Origin: Coraliomargarita sp.
GTDB lineage: Bacteria; Verrucomicrobiota; Verrucomicrobiia; Opitutales; Coraliomargaritaceae
DNA: 64,000 nucleotides
Direction of reading: 5' to 3'
NCBI GenBank assembly: GCA_965216325.1
Contig: OZ244160.1
Span: forward strand, 288,001-352,000
Of this stretch, positions 58,094-64,000 are shown piece after piece; the first letter of the stretch is position 1, and each line of letters starts with the position of its first letter. Made by a program: the position numbers and the translations under genes. Under the pieces are notes generated by a model. The model did not search any database. It was given only the letters and a program-made list of their open reading frames with translations, and was not told the origin of the DNA.

Positions 58094-58573
58094 GTGAAGG
58101 TTAAAACCGGCCTCGGACTTGACAGCCACCGTTTCGTTGAAGGCGAGGCGGATAAGGCGTTTGTGTTGGGCGGCTTGGTTTTTGACGACGTGCCGGCTCT
58201 GGCTGGCAATAGCGATGCAGATGTGATTCTGCATGCGCTGACTGATGCGATCAGTGGGGTTACTGGTCGCACTGTAATCGGTGCTGTTGCGGACGAGATG
58301 TGTCAGCGCGGCATTACCGATAGCAAAGAATACCTTAAAGTTGCCCTCGAAGATTTGGGCGACTGGCAACTCAGTCACGTGTCGATTGCGCTAGAGTGCA
58401 AGCGCCCGAAAATTGACCCGAAAGTGCCGGCTCTGCGCGAATCCATTGCCGGTTTGCTTGGCCTGACGGTGGATGCCGTCTGTATCACGGCAACTACCGG
58501 CGAGAAGCTCAACGATGTCGGCCGCGGGCTTGGCATCCATGCGACTGTCATTGTGACGGCGGTTCAGGTCTAG
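58094..58573 (+). CDS. ispF: 2-C-methyl-D-erythritol 2,4-cyclodiphosphate synthase
   Basis: GLGLDSH, SDADVILHA, ATTGEKL. Confidence 0.92.
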   Translation: MKVKTGLGLDSHRFVEGEADKAFVLGGLVFDDVPALAGNSDADVILHALTDAISGVTGRTVIGAVADEMCQRGITDSKEYLKVALEDLGDWQLSHVSIALECKRPKIDPKVPALRESIAGLLGLTVDAVCITATTGEKLNDVGRGLGIHATVIVTAVQV

Positions 58574-58742
58574 GTGTGAAAGTGAACTCAGCTTTCGCGT
58601 ATTCGCGGAGAGTCGAGAAGTGCACCTTTAGAGCTTTTATCTATTTTTACACTTGTAAGGGGGGGCGCAGAGTTTGCCATGCGGTGTATAACTACTACCG
58701 ATTGTATGTCGTGGTGGTTTTTTAACAAATAAACAACACACT

Positions 58743-59780
58743 ATGAAAACAAAAATTACTCTGGCATCCGCATTGATGGCGGTTTCCGGTTTCGTGAACG
58801 CTGAGATCGTTGTTAACGATTTCCTCTCGTTCGAGGGGTTTGTGGATATGTCTTATTCACATACTGATATTGATTCGGACTCTGCTGCTATTGGGAGTGG
58901 ATCCGATAACAGCTTTGGTATTGATCAGGTTGAAATCGTTTGGTTGTTCGATTTTGATAAGGTTACTGCTCAGATTGACCTCGAATATGAAGAGGCTGGT
59001 GACGACATGGAAGTCGAGCAGGCATTTGTGACGTATCACTTTGATAATGGTGGTGCGATTACTGCTGGGCGCTTTGCGTCCATGCTCGGGTTCGAAGCCT
59101 TTGAGCCCACTGGCCTCTAGCAGTATTCCTTTGCGTATGATTACGGCATCCTTCCTGGTTATGCGCAGGGTGTGAAGTTTACGCACGAGTCTGATAACAG
59201 CTTCTTTGGAGTTTCTCTCCTCGATAGCTACACCGAGTTTGATGGCTATGATGGTCGTCTTGGCGGTTCGGGCGATTCCAATTGGGCAGTCGAATTGGCT
59301 GGTGCTTACTATCTGGAAAATGGACTCTCGTTCTTCCTCGGTGGCTACTATGAAGATGCAGAAGGTCCATCTCTTGAAGGAGAAACATATGCAGTAAATG
59401 CATACGTAACTTACGAAACGGGTGCGTGGATTTTTGCGGCCGAAGTTAATTTTGGTAATTCTGAAACTGGTGCTTATTCTACTCTTACCTCGGGAGTCGA
59501 TGATGATGCCGTGTCTGGTTTGCTTATGGCAAACTATGCGTATAGTGAGCAAGGTTCGATCACAGGTCGTATTAGTTATGAGACATTCGATTGGGATAAC
59601 CCATTCGAAGATGAGTTAGAGCAAATCAAGTATACGCTCGCACACAATTGGGCCTTCACTGATAACCTATCTCTTGTTGCTGAAGTCAGCTTCGCAGATG
59701 CCGACTTTGATGCAACAGACGCATTTGATGGAGATTTCGAGGTGTTGACTGGAGCAATTGAATTGCTCTTCGCATTCTAG
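58743..59780 (+). pseudogene. Outer-membrane beta-barrel porin interrupted by one in-frame TAG (59118-59120)
   Basis: Both ORFs lie in the same frame: ..EPTGL*QYSFAY..; signal peptide and terminal Phe. Confidence 0.85.
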
Positions 59781-59805
59781 TCTAATTCTTATTAGAAACG
59801 AATTT

Positions 59806-59839
59806 AAAGCTCCTCGGTTCCGGCCGAGGAGCTTTTTTT
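59806..59839 (+). terminator. Rho-independent terminator, target of the group IIC intron
   Basis: AAAGCTCCTCGG-TTCCGG-CCGAGGAGCTTTTTTT. Confidence 0.9.
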
Positions 59840-59841
59840 GT

Positions 59842-60996
59842 GTGCGCCCGGCAGGGCGCACTTACTCGACAGTGATTATTAATGGAAATTGATGAAAGTC
59901 TGTTACTCGCCCGGCAAGGGGAAGAGTTAGCCGAAGGGCAACTGCGGCATCGCGAGGTGTTCGTGGGAAGGAAGCCTATGGCAAAGCACTGGCCTGACGA
60001 ACAGGAATCGCATAAGAGGCGTTTGCGTTGGATGAGGAGGCACAGAACTTCAAAGTCCGAAACTTGCCCGGAAAGCGCAGGCGTATATGCGGCAGGCATA
60101 AGTGTGACGGTAAGTGCGCATTACCCGGGGAGGTCTCTGAACATGCTACTGGCTACCAGTGTCGCGAGGCACTGGGATGTGTTTAGAGAAGTCAGCCGAG
60201 ATCATAGTAGCCTGCACAGGTCGCGGGCGAAGGATCGAACCGAAGAACGACAACAAGGACTGAGACCATGAGCGAGAGCAGGGAAGCAGAAGCTGGCGGC
60301 ACCACCCGTCAGACCCGCGTGGAAGGAACCGGACGGCATCTGGGGCGAGTCCATGCGGGCGCATCAAGCGCGCCATCGGCCTTGGAGACCAAACTGAAGC
60401 TGAAGGTCAACCACCTCAAAAGCGCGGTGGATCGTCCGAGCCGCCGGATCTTCCTCGGCTACAGCTTCACTGGGGGCAAGCATAGCCGCATTCGCGTGCC
60501 CAAACAGACGACTCAAAAGATGAAGTCCAAGCTGCGGAAACTCTGCCGCAAAGGGCGCGGGCGCAACCTGCGCCGCTTCATCGCTGAGACGCTCAATCCA
60601 GTGCTACGCGGCTGGACGAACTACTTCCGCCTGAGTCAGACGAAAACCTTCGCCGGGGAACTGGACGAATGGTTGCGACATCGCTTGCGGTGCATCCTCT
60701 GGCGACAGTGGAAACGTCCCCACACCCGCTACAGGAAGCTGGTGCAGCTTGGGCTCAGCCCCGAATGTGCCCGCAAAAGCAGCTACAACGGACGCGGGGC
60801 GTGGTTTAACAGCGGAGCCTCTCACATGAACCAAGCCCTCCCACGCAAAGCCTTCACGCAAATGAAGCTCCTATCTGTCTATGATTTGCTCGAATTGATG
60901 AGAGCCGAAATCCTTCTTCGGAACCGCCGTGATACGTGAACCGTACGTCCGGTGGTGTGAGAGCTTGGAGCGGGCAACCGCTCCCGGCTACTCGAT
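59842..60996 (+). mobile_element. Group IIC intron with internally deleted RT
   Basis: GTGCG 5' end right after a terminator; DV GAACCGCCGTGATACG..CGTACGTCCGGTGGT; DVI ending CTCGAT. Confidence 0.92.
60268..60939 (+). pseudogene. Intron-encoded protein lacking the RT core, retaining RT7-end and maturase (X) domain
   Basis: No YADD; KLKVN..KS..FLGYSF, LNPVLRGWTNYF, LDEWLRHRLR. Confidence 0.88.
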
Positions 60997-61033
60997 ATCT
61001 GCGTTTCTGCAGATGCTAGTTGCCGATAGCAAA

Positions 61034-61102
61034 ATGGAGGGCAACCCTCCGTCCTTGCCATAACCTAGTGGTTGGCGGCAACGACGGAGCATTGCCCTCC
61101 AT
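61034..61102. repeat. REP-like inverted doublet (family of 36178-36242)
   Basis: TGGAGGGCAACCCTCCGTCCTTGCC / GGCAACGACGGAGCATTGCCCTCCA. Confidence 0.8.
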
Positions 61103-61132
61103 CTAAACCAAATTTCCTCTCGCGCTTAGAGC

Positions 61133-62809
61133 CTATCCGCCGATCAGCCCCATGGTTTTGAGGAGGCTGGAAGTGTAGGGGATCAGCTGTTTCTTGCGGC
61201 TGACGATGCCCGGCATCTCATAGATGTGTTCGTAGGTCTTCTGTGGGTAGTTGATTTGGCTCTTTAGGTCCTCATTGCCAGCAACCACGAGTAAGGAGTC
61301 CTGGGTATTGATGTCGGTCACCAGTAGGAAGCTGAACAGGAGTTCTTCTTGATCGCGATAGCTCTCTAAGGCTGCGCTCAGTGCATCTTGATTGCTCCAG
61401 AAATTGTTGAAGCCCAGTTCTTCGATCTGAGCGACGGAATAACTAATGTCTCCATCCTCACGATAGATTTTACAGTCTGAAGTGACGACCTGTTCCGGCG
61501 GAAGGTTTACAATCACCGAGCCCGAAGAGAAGATCAGTTCTGCAAGCGCTTCTGCCTTGATGCCGGCGATCGGGGCCAGCCAGTCAAGCAGTTCGCCCTC
61601 AAGTGGCGTGGTCGTCGGGCTGTTCAGTAGAAGCGTGTCAGAAATGATTCCGGCCATCAGCACGCCCGCAATGCCTGGCTCAGGTGTCAGGCTTTGTGCG
61701 CGGAACAGGTCTGCGACAATCGAGCAGGTGGAGCCTACAGGGCGGTTGATAAACAGAATTGGCTGTTCACTGGGGATATTGCCCAAGCGGTGGTGGTCGA
61801 GGATCTCAGTAATTTGCACTTCATCTGCACCTGTGACTGCTTGTCCCAGTTCGTTGTGGTCGACGAGTGCGATACGTGTTGTGCTTGGGCGTAGGATGTC
61901 ACTCTTCGAGAAAACACCGAGCAATTCACGGTTATCATTGACCACCATGTAGAGGGGGTCGTTAAGGTGCGCTATTCGGCTTTTGACAGAACTGATCCGA
62001 TCTTCCGGAGTGAAGCATTTCACATCGGGATCGATTAGGCGTTCAATGTGAGTGGCGGTGCGGATGATCCAAGACGTAGTTGCCGAATCAAACGGGCTGA
62101 CAATTAAAGAGACGCCTTGCTTCTTCGCGCGCTCGACCACTTCGGGTTCGACGTCGAGGGCGCCGGTGATCACCAGTAGGCGCACGCCCAATTGTAAACA
62201 GCGTTCTTGGATGTCCCAGCGATCTCCAACAATGATGATGCTTTGCTTCGCGGAGGTGCCTTCTTCCTTGTGATGTTGACCAAAGGAGCGAATATCCATC
62301 GCACCAATTCGCACATAGAGTTCCTCTAGAGAGTCCTCGTTCACCAAGTTGAGCACTTTGGCATTCAGCGAGCGAATGATCGCGGAAACCGTTGTGTGCA
62401 CGCGGCGCATGTCACGCGGGGCACGTGGTTTGGGAATGAAGGATTCACCAAGGTCGAAAATGGAAATGGTGCCCTCGAGCTTATTCTTGTCGTCGACTAC
62501 AGGTAGGGCACGCACATCATATTCGTCGATGAGTTCAAGTGCTTCGGCACAGGTATTCGCTTTGGTTACGGTTTGCACGGTGCGCGTCATGATGTCCTCG
62601 ATTCGAGGCGTTACGTCACCAATAAACTTTGGTAGCGGGAGATCAAAGCGTTCTAATATTGCATCCACCCGTGCATTTGAGTTGCCGCAACGGGCTGCGA
62701 CGTAATGTGTTTCACCTATGGCGTGCTTGTAGGCTTCGTAAGCGATTGCAGAGCAGATGGCATCTGCGTCTGGGTTCTTGTGGCCTAGGATATAGATCGG
62801 GTCTGGCAT
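61133..62809 (-). CDS. ppaC: Mn-dependent (family II) inorganic pyrophosphatase with CBS-DRTGG insert
   Basis: GHKNPDAD, IVGDR, LVDHNE, LDHH, SRKKQ. Confidence 0.92.
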   Translation of the reverse strand: MPDPIYILGHKNPDADAICSAIAYEAYKHAIGETHYVAARCGNSNARVDAILERFDLPLPKFIGDVTPRIEDIMTRTVQTVTKANTCAEALELIDEYDVRALPVVDDKNKLEGTISIFDLGESFIPKPRAPRDMRRVHTTVSAIIRSLNAKVLNLVNEDSLEELYVRIGAMDIRSFGQHHKEEGTSAKQSIIIVGDRWDIQERCLQLGVRLLVITGALDVEPEVVERAKKQGVSLIVSPFDSATTSWIIRTATHIERLIDPDVKCFTPEDRISSVKSRIAHLNDPLYMVVNDNRELLGVFSKSDILRPSTTRIALVDHNELGQAVTGADEVQITEILDHHRLGNIPSEQPILFINRPVGSTCSIVADLFRAQSLTPEPGIAGVLMAGIISDTLLLNSPTTTPLEGELLDWLAPIAGIKAEALAELIFSSGSVIVNLPPEQVVTSDCKIYREDGDISYSVAQIEELGFNNFWSNQDALSAALESYRDQEELLFSFLLVTDINTQDSLLVVAGNEDLKSQINYPQKTYEHIYEMPGIVSRKKQLIPYTSSLLKTMGLIGG

Positions 62810-62960
62810 GGTGACGATTAGCGATATAGAAAAGGGAACCCTAGCTAACGCAGAATTCCGCAGACCTTCAAAGGTTATTTTATCGTGAAATCCACAAAAA
62901 GGCACAAAAAAGCCGACTACATCAGTAGTCGGCTTGGCTTATGTAAATTTGAAGCTGCTA

Positions 62961-63683
62961 CTAATTACTCGCAGTTGGAGCGAGCTTGATATTCGCAGAG
63001 TCGTGAATCTTGGTGATGTCGTCGGTCAGCAGTCCATTACTTGGATCAACGAGTTGGCCATCATCGCCTTTCAAGTCGTTGTAAAATGAGACGTGACCAT
63101 CAAGGAATGCAATGTGGCCGCCGCGCCCCCAAGGGGTCGTTTTGCCCCATACGCCAACTGCACCTTCGCTGAGGCCACGTGTCCATGTGAGTGGGGTGGT
63201 TGATGCTGGATCATTGCCGCCTGCCGCAAGTGCAAAGTCATAGCCTACTGGAGCATCTGACGACCAGTCAGGAGATGTCTGGAATGCGTTATCGGCGTCT
63301 CTGTATCCAATTACCTCGGGGATGGTCTTGCCTTCGTTCTCGTAGTCGGTGACTAGCGGGTCTGTTCCAATGAGCCAAATAGACGCATCGGTAAGGTCGA
63401 CCTTATCTGCGAGGAACTCGGCAACACCCTGAACGCTATCTGTATAGCCTGCGTTGGTTAGCTTTGTAGATGTGAGCACCTTTACTTTACCACCAGACGT
63501 TGAGTAAGTCGCATAAGAGACAGCAATCGAACGAATGTTCGCAGAGGACTTCATCTTGTTGGCCACTTCTCGGACCTTGCCAACAGCAGGAATAAGGATC
63601 GCGGCAAGGATGCCGATGATCGCAATAACAGTCAGTAGTTCAATGAGGGTGAAACCCGCACGTGAGGCTTTTTTGATACGCAT
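62961..63683 (-). CDS. Type IV pilin-like protein (prepilin N-terminus, H-X9-DG-type C-terminus)
   Basis: GFTLIELLTVIAII..P; HIAFLDGHV. Confidence 0.88.
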   Translation of the reverse strand: MRIKKASRAGFTLIELLTVIAIIGILAAILIPAVGKVREVANKMKSSANIRSIAVSYATYSTSGGKVKVLTSTKLTNAGYTDSVQGVAEFLADKVDLTDASIWLIGTDPLVTDYENEGKTIPEVIGYRDADNAFQTSPDWSSDAPVGYDFALAAGGNDPASTTPLTWTRGLSEGAVGVWGKTTPWGRGGHIAFLDGHVSFYNDLKGDDGQLVDPSNGLLTDDITKIHDSANIKLAPTASN

Positions 63684-63914
63684 AATAGTATGTATGAATA
63701 AATGGGGTTGAGACTTTACGGCTCCTTCCTAGAGCCCGCATAACACAACGATAGTTATGCGGGGACAGAAGTTAAGTCCATAATTTTGTTGGCTAATTTT
63801 GGCTGTGGTGGGCCTACTGGACCTACTTAGGCGCTTTTTAAATTTTTGCATAAAATTTCAGATCAAGAGTTGACAGTACCAAAAATTTTGATGTTCTCCG
63901 TGCTTTCTTGGTTA

Positions 63915-63992
<78 letters not shown>

Positions 63993-64000
63993 ATAAAAGC

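Noticed and set aside
59118..59120. Pyrrolysine or amber recoding
   Set aside because: No pyl genes or suppressor tRNA in the window, and TAG is a normal stop for many genes here.

Overview
Bacterial chromosomal window, most likely Verrucomicrobiota (Opitutales/Coraliomargarita-like). This is inferred from the PVC-signature small basic protein, the H-X9-DG pilin-like gene and overall gene content. The first ~8.2 kb is accessory DNA: a Xer-like recombinase, an orphan RHS-core toxin with a putative immunity lipoprotein, a RAYT/Y1 transposase hit by an IS4 element with an 11-bp target duplication, an AT-rich CHASE hybrid kinase and a ParE-type TA pair. The rest is mostly housekeeping: nrdJ with NrdR boxes, speA, PPi-type PEPCK, pntAB, fba, probable 6S RNA, proC, folD, fabG-acpP-fabF, waaA, lpdA, polA, crcB x2, psd, exbBD, a MoxR/Bat operon, rlmH, manC, ndk, ispF, a CBS-PPase and 5 tRNAs. 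It also holds several pseudogenes and an RT-deleted group IIC intron. Most striking observation: nrdJ ends in an atypical-codon 3' tail, and downstream, beyond an inverted-repeat-flanked TA cassette, lie two collinear, synonymously recoded copies of pieces of that tail. This suggests a gene-tail replacement or target-immunity system. Other notable signals are regularly spaced tRNA-Ser 3'-end repeats and a dense set of intergenic REP-like, 6-mer and 7-mer repeats, including mini-palindromes nested in REP hairpin apices. All calls are by eye; no database searches were run.
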